A DNA stretch of 64,000 nucleotides from NCBI GenBank assembly GCA_050084985.1, contig JBITNC010000002.1, forward strand, positions 3,224,001-3,288,000, read 5' to 3'. The position numbers were made by a program, and so were the translations under genes. Shown in pieces: positions 27,865 to 40,900 of the stretch (the first letter of the stretch is position 1; each line of letters starts with the position of its first letter). The notes under the pieces were generated by a model, which saw only the letters and a list, made by a program, of their open reading frames with translations, had not been told where the DNA came from and searched no databases. Source of the DNA: Nageia nagi. Lineage: Eukaryota; Plantae; Pinophyta.

Positions 27865-29082
27865 ATGGATCAGCTTAAATTATTCTTACGTAGTCTTTCA
27901 AAAAGAGATCTGGATGAATTATTGGGGGAAATCAGACATGATGATCCAGAGGGATCCGGAGGAATGCAAAATAGTGCTGAGGGCGATAATAGTAACTTTC
28001 AAGCTACTATAGAGGGTATGCAAAGGCAAATAGATAGATTGGCAAGGGGATCAGCTTCGCCTAATGATTCTTTTGAATTTGGTAGTCCCCTATGCGATGA
28101 GATTCGTAGGCACATGCCACCATCTGATTATAAAGAGCCAAAATTCTGCAAGTTTAATGGTGAAGGAGATCCGAGGAGACATCTACAAGGATTCAAGGAT
28201 GAGTGTGAACTCAAAATCGGTACAGATCAGAGATTACAAGCCAAATTTTTTCCCCATAGCTTGGAGGGAGAGGCTCGAGAATGGTTTTATGCCCTACCTG
28301 AAGGGTCCATCACATCATTCAGAGAATTCAGTAGTTTATTCCTTGAGCAATACAAGCATAACATCAGGTAGGAGGTTATGGTATCAGATTTATGCGCTAT
28401 AAAGCAAGGCAGTGATGAGAAGCTGGACAAATTTGTTGTGAGGTTTAAGAAGACATGGTAGCAAGTGAAGACTAGATTGACAGAAAAAGAGGTAAACAAT
28501 ATTTTTAAAGAAGTTGTTATCTTATCCTTGCAATCACATGTTATCGATTATACACATCTTGCATTTTCGGATATGACGTATAAATTGTTAGAGAAAGAGA
28601 AAGTCCTTGTGAAGCTAGGGCTTGTGAAGTATGGTAGTGATGATAAGACTAAAGTAAAGGATAAGAGATCACAATCACCAAAGAAGGAGAAAACTATCCA
28701 TGTGGCCAAGAAGACAAGTGAGCCGAAAGAGAGGAAATTTGTGAAATTTCCCATACCTCCGAGGTATATCCTAAAAGACCTTGTGGTGAAAGGGTTGTTA
28801 CAACCCTTACCTAAGCGTGAAGAAGATCCTACAGCAGAAAGACCCGCTTGGTATAAAGAAGATAGGTATTGCGAGTATCATCAGACTAAGGGCCATGCTA
28901 CTAATGGGTGTGGAAGCCTTAGGGACAGAATACAGAAGCTCATAGAAGATGGATTCTATGTGTGTCCGGTAAAGGTCGAAGGTGCAGAGGAAGAGCCACA
29001 TGTCAATGTGATTTTCCATGAAGATGTTTGCGAGGCTAGCACCAGTGGGAGCTTTAGGCTCTCTGGGGGTATCATTTGGTAG
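27865..29082 (+). pseudogene. Gag (retrotrans_gag plus CX2HX4HX4C knuckle), single frame with two internal TAG codons (28369, 28459)
   Basis: KFNGEGDPRRHL, FPHSLEGEAREWFYALPEGSITSF, YCEYHQTKGHATNGC; ends without protease or pol. Confidence 0.9.
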
Positions 29083-29462
29083 ATCGATATGAAAAAAAAA
29101 AGAGAGAGAAGCTAACAGTCAGTCCAGGTCACTAACAAACGTCATGGTGAAGAGATTGGGAGCTTCATGATGTCATAATAGGAATGTCGATGTTATATTT
29201 CATGTTAATAGGACCGCCGGTGGTCCTCTTTTAGTGGAAAATAGGAGAAAGTTAAAAGGTTCCAATTCCCCCCGCAACGTGAGAAGTCAGAATTGCAGGT
29301 TGTGTCGTTGACGTTCATTTTCAAGAATCATAGAACATCAATTTCATCCATCATAAGCACATATACAAGAGCAATCAGGTACCAAAATTTGTGTTTCATA
29401 TATATATCATGAAAAAAATGTTTGTGTTTACAATACAACTGGATGAGATCACATAGAATGAC

Positions 29463-31734
29463 CTAAAATATCCTACTAGAGCCCCCTCCCGCTACACTAG
29501 AGCTAGTAGCCCTGCTAGATGTGCCACCCCCGCACCGTGCCTTGTACTTCTCTACACGTGCCTTCTCCTCACCGATCTGTCTCTCGGCCTGGCGAAGCTG
29601 CTCGTAAAGGGCTTTGATCTCTTTGTTGGCTGCTTGTAGGTCCTGATAGATGCCAGTGTAATCCCCTCCTCTAAACTGTAGACGACCCTATAGCTCTCTG
29701 ATCTCCGCATCCTTCTGGCCGATTTGACCGCGTAGCCTAACCATCTCAACCTCAGGATCCTGGTCATCTGTGACATAGCATAGATATATCATGTTAGTCT
29801 TTTGCATATCATGAAAGTAGAAAATCAAAGGAAAGCAAAAGAGAAAATAAGCTACCGTCATCATCCTCGTCATAGTCTTCCTCCTCCGCATCTGTATCTG
29901 TCTCATACTCAGGTTCATATTCATCCTGGTCTGGATCGGTCTCCTCATTGTCATCATGACCTGCATCTAGAGACGTGTCACGGGCATATGTCGGGCTACT
30001 CTCTCCTCCCCACCCTCCCGCCGTGAAGGGAGCATCCCATCTGGTCTCTATGTCCCCTGTGTCTTCATCCTCTCCCGCATTGTCACCCGAGTCGGTATCA
30101 TGAATACCTATGTGGTGAGGACGACGTTCCCTCCACCAGTCTAGGTAGTCCTCCGTATGGTCAGGTCCATCTATGTCATCATCGGCCCCATAGTCGAAGT
30201 CCTCGCTAGGGGACTCCCAATCTGAGTCCCAGTCAAGTACTGGCTCGTAGTCCTCTGGGAGGTGCCTACTGCGATAGTAGCGCATCACTATCCTACAATC
30301 ACCCGGTATACCCTGCTGGAGGTCGAACTGATGGAGTACCCGCTCTAGCCTGTACGGCTCCACTAGTGCCCTACGTGCCTGTATGTATGTTGGGTGTCTC
30401 ACCCATGCCATCTCTTGTATGTCCTCCTCCCACTCTGGTACACCCCCACGATAGGGATGCCAATATATCTGTGTCTCCCGCAGTAGGTCAAGTCACACAC
30501 GCCATCCCTCTAGGTCCACGTTAGGGAAGCCTGGTCCCTCTGTCATCGCCCACCGTTGCCAGGTGGGTACATCATCTGGCTGGTCTAGGGGCAAGGTCGT
30601 CGGTCTAGAAATGACGATGTGATCATATGCCCACACCTGCAATATCATGGAGTGTGCTACCTGTCTCCCCCCTCTCTCTACCTCTACGAATCCGTGGAGG
30701 TCATGATAGAGTTATGCCAGTATCGCGGGGCACCACACATATCGCTGCCTATGTGTCACCATGTCCTGTATGATAGGAACCATGCCCACGGGGAAGGTCT
30801 CACTACTCTTGTCCGGGTAGACAATAGCATCCAAAAGGTAGGCAATGAGGAGCCTCATCCGTAGGTCACCCCGTGCTGGAGGATACTCTGGCACATGTCT
30901 CATTAGGGACACACCCCTTTTCCTATGATTTACTTCATCTGACCCTGTTAGCCATGTAGCCCATACCTCTGCCTATTCCAGGCTGGGAATAGGAACCATG
31001 TTCACTAGCCTCCCCCTGATAGGAAGTCTAGTGATCCTGTAGATGTCCTCTAGCGTCACTGTGATCTCACCAGTCGGAAGGTGAAAGGTGTTAGAGTTTG
31101 GATCCCACCTTTCCATCAGGGCTATCAGCATATCATGATTGTGAAACACATAATCAGCAAATGCTAGGTAACTGAATGAAATGTCCTCCAAGATACTCCG
31201 GGCCTCGTCAGTTTGTGGCCACTGTTGGGCAATGGTAAAAGCAGCACTCTTGCCGGATGGTCGCATAAGATACGAATGATTCTGCAAGAAAAGAGTGATA
31301 GAGAGCAAGTTAGTATCAGATATGAAATAAAAATAGCAAAACAGTACAGGTAAAGAAGATCGGCCACGGTCTAAACTAGGTAAAGAAGACCGCCCATGGT
31401 CTGAACTAGGGCAAAAAGGATCGCCAGCAGTCCTATTTCTGTACATAGGGGTCAACAAAATTTGAGGTACAAGTTCGTACGGATGAGCGTGGTACAGCCA
31501 TAAAACCAAAATTTCAAAAAATGGGATAAAAAAGTAAAAATGATTGGCTGAGGTATTCAACAGGTAAACCCTAGGGGCAACTCGGAAAATCAGTGTGCAA
31601 GGCAGCTAAAATCTGAAAGCAAGTAAAAACATAGCAAGAAAAAGGTATGAAATGCAACATACCTGATGACCGGTAAGAGAATTGGCCACTAAGGTAGCTC
31701 TATGTCCATCTCGACGTGTGATTGGCAGGGCCAT
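29463..31734 (-). pseudogene. Antisense 3-exon PMD-domain gene (exons 31734-31663, 31281-29856, 29767-29463; 600 codons) with acidic tract and C-terminal coiled coil
   Basis: Phase-compatible GT-AG introns; PMD motifs ALMERWDPNSNTFHLPTGEITVTLED, LQVWAYDH, YRLERVLHQF; four internal stops (30973, 30712, 30493, 29688), each one C>T away from a sense codon, and no frameshift. Confidence 0.9.
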
Positions 31735-31870
31735 AATGCATAGCATAGCAGCGCAGGAAATATCACCTAGTGACAGCGGTAAAATCACCAACTAGAACTC
31801 TTCGACTCAGGCTTCCAAGCTCTAAGATACTCTCAGCGCTGAAAATGACAATGTGACCAAATGAGGAAGG

Positions 31871-31887
31871 GTGGGGCCCCTTTTATA
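31871..31887 (-). promoter_or_regulatory. TATA box (TATAAAA) with adjacent GGGCCCCAC TCP-like site for the antisense PMD gene
   Basis: Minus strand CTATAAAAGGGGCCCCAC, about 150 nt upstream of the ATG at 31734. Confidence 0.6.
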
Positions 31888-32184
31888 GAAATATTAGGGG
31901 CACACACTTTAAGATAGTTTCAATTTGGGCATTCAGTGTGCATGGGCAGGTAACCAGGTATCAATTTGGAATCCAAGGGCGATTCATCGTGGCCTGATCT
32001 TCACGGTTTTCGATGAATCCTCAAGAAAAGGACCACCTACGATCTCAGTTTAAGACCACCTGTGTTCTAAATCTTACGGAAAGGACCGCCTGCGTTCCTT
32101 TTTCCAGTCAATCAGCTCATCCAAGTATCACAGGTACATCACAGGTGCTTGATCAATGTTATATCCAGGATAATATTGCTTTGA

Positions 32185-32720
32185 ATCAGCTTATCATGCC
32201 TCTTGGTGGAGTTTCAGCTCCCATTTATCAGCTTATCATGCCTCTTGGTGAATTTTTAGCTCCCATTTATCAGCTTATCATGCCTCTTGGCAGAGTTTTA
32301 GCTCCGATTTATCAGCTTATCATGCCTCTTGGCGGAGTTTCAGCTCCCATTTGTCTTGCGGAGTTCGGTTCTTATGCAACTGCAGCATACCTCTTGGTGT
32401 GAAGTTTCAGCTTCCATTGCAGTTGTGTGGAACTTAGCTCTCCCCTATGTGTGGTCATGTGTATGGTCATGGTTATCATGTCTTGTCTTGTGATGTGGTC
32501 TTGTCGAGTTGTTGTCATGCCTCTTGGCGCAGTTTCAGCTCCCATATATCTTGCGGAGTTCGATTCTTATGCAACTGCAGCATACCTCTTGGTGCGAAGT
32601 CTCAGCTTCCATTACAGTTGTGTGGAACTTAGCTCTCCCCTATGTGTGGTCATGTGTGGTCATGTGTGTTGTCATGGTTATCATGTCTCGTCTTGTGATG
32701 TGGTCTTGTCAAGTTGTCGT
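32185..32720. repeat. Tandem repeats in the 3' region of the element: 4 x 42 bp (32185-32352) merging into 2 x about 196 bp
   Basis: Unit ATCAGCTTATCATGCCTCTTGGYGGAGTTTCAGCTCCCATTT; long unit repeated at about 32320 and 32516. Confidence 0.92.
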
Positions 32721-35700
32721 CAGGTCATCATGTGTGGTTAGGTCGTCTGTCAGGTCATCGTCATGTGTATGTGTGTTGTCGGGTTTTGTTGTCATGAGTC
32801 ATCAGTGTTGCGGCAAGGTTATCAGACTATCAGATATATCAGGCTATCACCTTCTATGGCATTCGTATATCAGAAAAAAGATGCAAGAGGCAAGCATGCC
32901 CAAGGTAATATCAAAGGGAGTTTTCTCAACCCATATCTAGTATTAACAAGCTTTGTCATGATTTTTGCTTGAATTTGGAATGGTTAGTGTTTATCATTGC
33001 TTGTCAATTTTTTTGCTATGATATTGTGTTTTTACTTTGAATGCAAAATCTCAATTCACCTCATGTTGCTTTCGATTTCACATCCAAAGTGGGGCATCTG
33101 TTAACACATAAAAATGAATTTATGTTTTTAAATCAATAAATTAATGAAAACATGCTTGGTCTAAATATATGTCTTGAATGTCTTAATGTGATAATATCAA
33201 TGTTTATCTTGAATGTGAATTTTATAATGATTATCTTGAATATTGCATGGATTATCTTGAATATTGCATGAATTATCTTGTTTATTGGTGTGGTTATCTT
33301 GAATGTTGTGAATTAGCCTTGTTTATGTAGATGCATGCCGACCCATGGGTTGTATTATCTATTATCTATATAAATAAGGGATCTAATAGTAAGTCCACAT
33401 ATCAAGGATATACACGATCCCGCATATGGTCTTGTAGTGGCAACCCCTTAAGGTATCTCTTGGTACCGCCTACAAGGCTGTGGTTTGTGTACTTCCTTTC
33501 GTGAGCTATCCTGACATCTACAATCTATTCTGATATCACACTGCTATCTGACACATTCGTATTGAAGTTCTGGACTTGATTGAGAGGTCAAAAATCATCA
33601 AACGAAGGTCATCGGCGCTCCTTTATGAACCAAGAACACCGTCGATGCTCTATTATCTCTGAAACGGACCACCCGCGGTCCTCTTTTTGCATCTTCACAG
33701 GTCACTACATTTTTGGAGGGGCAGTTCATCATCAGTACATCGCCAACATCTTCATCTTTCGTTGTCAGGTACGTTCCGTGAGGTAAGTATACAAATTACA
33801 GTCTTGTTTGGTACAATTACATTTCTGAATCGATTATCTTGTTCATTGCTATTGAGAATAAATTGCTATCCGTAGCTCAAATATAGATATATTGGGTTTG
33901 TAGATATTTACCTGTTTATTTATTTGCACGCTCAATTTTATTTGTAAACACTAAGCATGTTGCGAACTGATCTAGGGCATCAAATAGGTCACGGTACATG
34001 CCAAAAATTCCAAAGATGCACTATTTAAGCAAAATATCACCTCTACAAGCCAACGTCACATCCAGGAACACATTAATCAAACACAACACCTCAATAATAG
34101 TCTAGAAATGCCAACGACTCACTTATACAAGCATGATTACACTAAATTGCTCAACGTTGCATATATGAAAGCATGAACAAGTTAGACACATCAAATAATG
34201 AGATAATAAATGAGATCCAAGTATGCCATGACTCAATTGATGATAGAATGATGAGTACAATATAAACCAGGCTCAAGAGGGCTCAACATTGGCCTCCAAG
34301 GAGCCACCTTTTGTATACAACTATGTAGAGATAGATTTTGTTGTCAAAATTGTTGTAGAACAATCACACTCTACTAGATCCATGGATTCCACACTGAAAG
34401 GCTTCCTCATAGGCTAACTCTCAACAAAGAGAACAAATGTAATTTTGGAATGCCACCAAATGGGTTCAAAGGTGTATACATGTTGTGGACCCCTTAGGGT
34501 AGGGAAACCTCATAGCATTATCACCTCAACCACTAGTCAGAAGGTGTTCCAAGCCTCCTAGACTCTCCTTGTGCACTACACTCAAGGGTACTTAACACCG
34601 CCAAGTCTTGAATAGTAAGAGGGGTTTCAATATCGAAATAAATTCCATCTTTGCAACGAGACTCCTTTGCCTTTATAACATTTCTATGGATTTGGATCTC
34701 ACCTAGGAGTCATCCCCAACCTCCCCAATCACAACGTTAGCTCTTGGAGGCCCAAGATATCCAACGTGGGTGCTTAGGGATCAAGCATGCCCAACATGGG
34801 TACCAAGAGGCCATAAATGCCAACATGGGAGTCCAAGGTACCATGCATTCCAACATGGGAGTTCAAGGAACCACGTAGGTATAGGAGCCATGCATGGGTG
34901 CTAGGGTGTCATCATGGGCCAACGTGGGGGTCTAGAAGCCTCCCCAAAGTTGGTGCAAGTGCTCAAGCCCATCGCTGGGTTCTAGGTGTCCATTATGTTA
35001 TTTTTGATGTTACATGAGGCTTGGGATTCCCACAATCATCTTAGGATCTCTAATTGCATTAATGATAAATTAAAAAACACATTCTAGCTTGGGAGGAAAA
35101 TGTCCCTCGTGGGGCTCACAATATGGGTCCAATGGCCATTATATTTCTATCCCAAGTAACTAACAACAAATACATGAATAAATAAAAATATTTACAAAAG
35201 GGAATCCTTAGGATTTCAAATTTATTTATTTTTCAGAAAAAGGGGATCTTACACTATATGATGTTAGAATGACATTACTTAATAGTATTAGCTTTCCATT
35301 TCCCTCTCATGTTGCATTTTTAGCTTAAAGCATAGGGAATACTCTCTCAACTTCTCATTTTTTTATTTCATTCTTTAGAGGGATCTATCACGAGAGCAAA
35401 GAAGAAGCACAAAGATGTTCCATTGCATCAAGGTTTGCTATTTATGTTTTATAAACATACACTCATCCAGGAACCCACTCTAGATACTACCCAATTAGAC
35501 CTTGAGCCCACCCCACATTGGTATACCTTTAAGTTAGATGAATACCTTAAGGATCATATCCTACTTGCCAAGCATATGAAAAAAGGTAAAGGTAAGAGCA
35601 CAACTAAGAGCAACTAAGTGTTAAGCACAAAAATAAACAAGTCTTTCAATCAACCGATGTCCTCGTCCACTACACTTGTAGATGATCCATTATCCTCAAC

Positions 35701-37206
35701 TATAGATACTCTTCTCATACTTAAATAAGGTACACCATAAACTACATATATGATAATCTCCAAAAGAAGAACCCCAATGAAGAAGTGTATGAAGAATAGT
35801 TTTAGCCCAAAATCAGGAGAAAGAAATAATAGTATTGGAAGATGAGATTAATGACCCCAATTATATTGTTAATAGCAACTAGAGAAAGCCTATCAAACCA
35901 CTAAAGAAATATATGACCAAAGCTGAAATGAAGCACGCCCATGTGATACTAAAGACTACACTAAATTTTGAAGACAATAACCATCCCAAACAAAATAGAG
36001 GCAGTAAAGGAGGACCTTATACAATAGATTAAGGCATTGGTACAAGTATGTTGCTAGTGTCACTTACATCCTATATAACATTTTTGATAAATCATAAAAA
36101 CTAAATCTTCCTCCCTATTTTTTCTTATGTAACATGACAAATAGCCTTTTTTCTTATGTAATCCCTCTATCATATATCAATTGTATATATGCACTGTTAT
36201 AAGTTTTTTATTTTATGTAAAGCATAATTGATAAATCTTATAAATTGTTTAAGGAATAAACCAAAAATCCCTAAGCAATTTAAACTCAATTTGCCGACCA
36301 AACAAAAAAGAGAAATATTGTTATATAATATCAAATGGAGAATAACTCGTAATAATTGAATCGAGAATATAAGTCTAAAGATAATTTTTTCCCCCACTTC
36401 AAGGAGTTAAGCTTCAACCATTTTGAGAGGACAATCTTAAAAATATTATGAGTGAGCAATGAAGACATTATCTTATGATAATGATAATAAGTATTACTTT
36501 TGCTCATATTTATATGATTATTTTTTATAACAAATGATATTTTTTTTTACTTTTTTATAATGTAGTAGTATGATGCCATCATGACGGTTAAGAAAATCTT
36601 ATGATCCTACGGTTAGGTAGTCACTACTAATATGTTATAAGATTACTGCACCACAGATGACACAATACTTCAAATATATAACTGACATGAATCGAACTCA
36701 AAAAACAAATAAAACTAAAATCTATGCTTTTCATAACATACCAATTCTTAACCTAAATATATCATAAATGTAAATAAAACAAATACCTACACACCACATA
36801 CTATATATACTTATATAACTCTTAACATCATTAACCTAATAGACCCTTATTAAGCGAAAGCATTGTAGTCATCTTGATTATAGACTAATAAATAATGATA
36901 AATACTAAACACCACCTTTAGCAATTTAGGCATCTACTTTTCATGTAGCTGATGTCAATCATTTAGCCATCCCCTACAAATCATATTAACATATCCTCAT
37001 GACCTATAATCAAGAAGTGGACCTACATCATCCTTTGCATCATGGTGCCACTGAAAACGTATCCTAAATCTATTAAAAAACTACTAAAAAAACTACCAGC
37101 CACCGGAAAACGTTATTGTCTCAAATCAAATAACGTTAAAAGGTATTATAAAATCCAGACACCTTTGAACAAAAGTACAACAGTATCGGAAGCCCGAGAA
37201 TGATAT

Positions 37207-37255
37207 GCCACGTAAGCAATTTTTCTATCCGAGTCCGTGTTAGGCCACGTAAGCA
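37207..37255 (+). promoter_or_regulatory. Duplicated ACGT-core (ABRE/G-box-like) elements GCCACGTAAGCA upstream of AMY3
   Basis: Identical 12-mers at 37207 and 37244, each followed by TTTCTATC; an additional TGACGT at about 37278. Confidence 0.55.
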
Positions 37256-37602
37256 GTTTCTATCTATCTGAATTACTTGACGTATGCTGTTGAGGACCTA
37301 AGTAACCCAGCTTTCAAATAACTGAAGCTTTCACGCTGTTTACCATACCAAATCTGTCTTTAATGGCCTCCAAACACAATAATATTCCGCCATTTCTTTC
37401 CATTTCCGCGGAAGTTCACCGTCGTGTAGCGAATATCGCTCAGAGACAACAATTTACGCAAAATATCCGAGCAAGCCGAGGATATATTCAGACGAAGATC
37501 AACACTGTGCGGCAGGGCTTCAAAGCAATCCCATCACACAATTTTTGTCGGCTCACACCACATAAAAAACTCAGCGCATAGAATTTTCTGACACGTTAAA
37601 TC

Positions 37603-37942
37603 TATTCAAGTTCAGGAAGCTCAATCGCAGGCTGAGATTTCAAATATTTTGTAAAATAATTCCATTTATGCAGATCTGTTCTGTATTATTTATAGCGGTT
37701 AAATCTCCTCCGAAATATCATCACTATCATTTAAATTATCATTTTTTATGTTTCTAGTTTAAATATTTATAGCGGTTAAATTATTATCTCGCCGAGCCGT
37801 ATTCAAATTCCGCAAGCTCAATCGCGTGCGGAGATTTGAAATATTTGGCGAAATTGATTCCGTTTATGTAGATCTACGCAAAATTATTTATAGCTATTAA
37901 ATCTCCTCCAAAATATCATTATTATCATTTAAATTATTATTT
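37603..37942. repeat. About 143-bp diverged direct duplication immediately upstream of the AMY3 ATG
   Basis: TATTCAA..AAGCTCAATCGC..GAGATTT..AAATCTCCTCC..TATCATTTAAATTAT at 37603-37745 and 37800-37942. Confidence 0.85.
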
Positions 37943-37963
37943 ATTCTCTCTATTTCGAGAGGT

Positions 37964-40900
37964 ATGGCTATGTTATACAACTACGTCCGGACCCCTGCTC
38001 CTGCAGATTGCGGGGTCTCATCGGGGTCTCTCAGCGCGGAGAGGAGAACGCTGCTAAATTTAGTGAAAGTTGGCAAGCGCGCTAAAATTTTAAGCAGAAA
38101 TCGGGGCTTTGGATCGAGATTGTTTTTTGGAGATTTTGACTGTAAATTAGCCTTCAAAGATTCCACCAGACCGGATCGATCTATAGCCGCGGCTTTGACA
38201 GAACAATTTATCCCTGGTAAAAGCTCTGATTCTTCGGCTACGTCATTTACCACAACTTTTCCTCTGAAAAGGACCGTAAAGGTAGGCTTTGCTTTCTGAA
38301 ATTTACGGCAAGCAGATAAAATTAACCTTTTTCTTCACTTTTGGTGAGCTTAAAGGCGTTCTGAATTATTTAATTTTAAAATTTGTCCGTCTATTTAACA
38401 GGTAGATGGAAAAATTGCGGCAAAGGTGGATTCTGTCAAGAAAGACGGCAAATCGCGGCTCGTTCTGGAATGTCACATTCCGGGACGCTGGGTGCTGCAC
38501 TGGGGGGTTACTTATTGCGAGGATCCAGACAGGTTTTATCTTCTGTTTATGAATTTATTTATATTATGTCTATTGGACCCTGTCAATAATATAATTTTCT
38601 TTTTATCGATGAAGCCTAATCCTAGCCAGTAGAAGGAGGACTGAACTGAACTTTATAACATCACTAATATGGGGAGTTTTGAACCTAGATACACGTTGGA
38701 GAGTTTTAAACCTAGACACTTAACCTAGACATCATATACCTTCTTTATATATTCAAGGGCATGAACCCATAAGTGATACTTATAATAGTTTTGAACCTAA
38801 TACATGTTGAAGAGTTTTGAACCTAGGTTTCTTGAGAGTTTTTACACCTTAAAATCTTAATACACTCTTCACATACCTTTTTTAAATATTCACGGGCCCA
38901 AACCGATAAGTAATACTTATAGTTTGAGAAAAGGTCCAATGGATAGATACATATAAACATCAGCCTATACATATGCATAAATCATATAAACTGTAGAAAC
39001 CTTGATAGAATTCAGTAATTAAGTCTTGTCTTAGTTTCCCTAAAATATTTTGGCTAGATTTCCCTCCTTTGCGTCTGAGACATCGCTAGATCATGTACCT
39101 TCTTATTCCTAGAAGAAGAAATTGTCTAGTTCTTAAAGAAACACTAAGGATCTTTACGTATTTCGAACATTCTTCTTTTCTCATTATGTGAGGGCTAACA
39201 GGTTTAAGTACTCTTACTTTACAAGCTCTAGTTCGTGAAATCTTGAACAGCTGCACTCCAACGAGCTATAATATAACCATAAATCTCATAAGGCCAGGGC
39301 TAGTATGCGAGGGTTTGAATGATCTAGGTCCAAATCTAAAGGGCAGAGCTTGGATTTATGTTGTGTATTGTGTATAAACTATGAACTTACCATAGACAAT
39401 TTGTAATCTTTAACCGGTATCTAAGAAAAATCAGGTTTTGAGATCTTAAAAACAACAATCCTCTTATTCAACAAAGGATTCACAGTAGCCGTGTCATCAC
39501 CAGTTAAGGATCTGTATAAGATATTCCTAATTTGTATTACACCATATGTTCTTTTACAATTATAAATTTGGAATTATTGACCTGGGCATTGAGTTAAACC
39601 CCAAATCATATAGAAAGCTTTTTGAGGTGCACAAAATGTGAGACTATTGAGATTAGAGGGTTGGGTTGATCCAGCCTACACTTGGCCATAAGCCTTGGGT
39701 CATTAAGATTGCCTACCTTTGGTGACCTGTGAATTCCTTGCTGGAGATTTCTTCACAGCTGAACTTTGGACTCGGGCACCTTAATAAAGTATGGATTAGC
39801 ATTTGAATCCTAAGCCCCATCAGCTCAAAGTCAAAATTAACTTCTATTCTTTTTAAACTCTAATATTAATTTGTGCAGTTGTTATTGAGTACATCATAAA
39901 CTATAATTAATATCTGTTCATGGTATATATTCAACAAATGGATAAACCCAGCCTGATATGGTATCCTAGGGCATAGTGTCGCATCTTGCAGCTCTAACTT
40001 GGAGATACATGAAGAGAATATGACTGAACATTGCACAAGTTTTCTTTGATTTTATATTCATGAATGATAGAAAACTTCTTGGTTTCTTATTACCAATCTT
40101 CATTAAAATACAAAACTCATATACATACATTGAAACAAGAATTGGTGAGGTGGTTTCTGGGGTATTGTGGACCAGGGGATGACAAAATTCATATACATAA
40201 TTCTTCATATTTGAATCCTATAATTACTGGTAGATTTTTGTCAAATTAGTAAATCTGCATATGTATTTAGCTCTTTGTATAATTCAAGAAGCGAAGGCAT
40301 ATTGTCGTGATAACCTTATGGATATTAAAACTAAAACACTATTTTATGAGTATGCAAATGTTCTTGCAGAGTCCTAAGGGTTTCCTCTTTTATAGCAATC
40401 CAAAATTCAATAAAATTGGAACCGATGGTGCATTTGCCCAATCTGCTCTCTTATTGCAATGGGCCAATTAAAAGTGTAGCAATTGAATGCTAGATGAAGT
40501 ACTTTGAACAATCTGCTCTCTTATTGCAATGGTCCAATTAAAAATGTAGCATTTGAATGCTAGATGAAGTACTTTAATGAAGGCATAATTCAGAGGAAAG
40601 ATGAGAGGTGATTGTGCATTGATAACCCTGGACTCAATAAGATCACAGTGAAACCACTATCTTTCATAATGTTTTCCTTAATCATCTTCAAGGTGCCAAG
40701 TTCTTCACAAAAATGGATTTGATGGCTAGATGTTACTGAATTCACATGGAGTCTTGTTTTATCTTGAAGATAACATCCAAGACAAAGTTCAGGCTCTACA
40801 AATGGCTGTTTATGCCATTTGGACTCATTAATGTAGCTACTACTTTTATGTGCTTCATCAATGATGTTGTTCTATCGTGTTTGGGTAAGTTTGGTAAGTT

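Larger units (their letters stand above)
26922..33950 (+). mobile_element. Non-autonomous Tat/Ogre-like Ty3/Gypsy element: 852-bp LTRs (26922-27773, 33099-33950), TSD CTAAG, gag plus antisense PMD, no pol
   Basis: Near-identical LTRs TGTTAACA..TGTAAACA (about 21 substitutions counted by eye, mostly transitions); CTAAG on both sides; PBS at 27776; PPT AAAGTGGGGCA about 33086-33096. Confidence 0.96.

Noticed and set aside
32185-32352. Hammerhead ribozyme (retrozyme) in the minus strand of the 42-bp repeat (CTGAT..GAAAC)
   Set aside because: The core reads CTGATAA rather than CTGANGA, and no stem II can form.
32013-32972. Plus-strand ORFs 32013-32402, 32427-32741 and 32509-32940
   Set aside because: They are translations of tandem repeats with no recognisable domain.
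26077-35253. Single host LTR element surrounding the Gag-PMD insertion
   Set aside because: TG and CA candidates exist, but the flanks (GTTGC versus CTATA) do not match; left unannotated.
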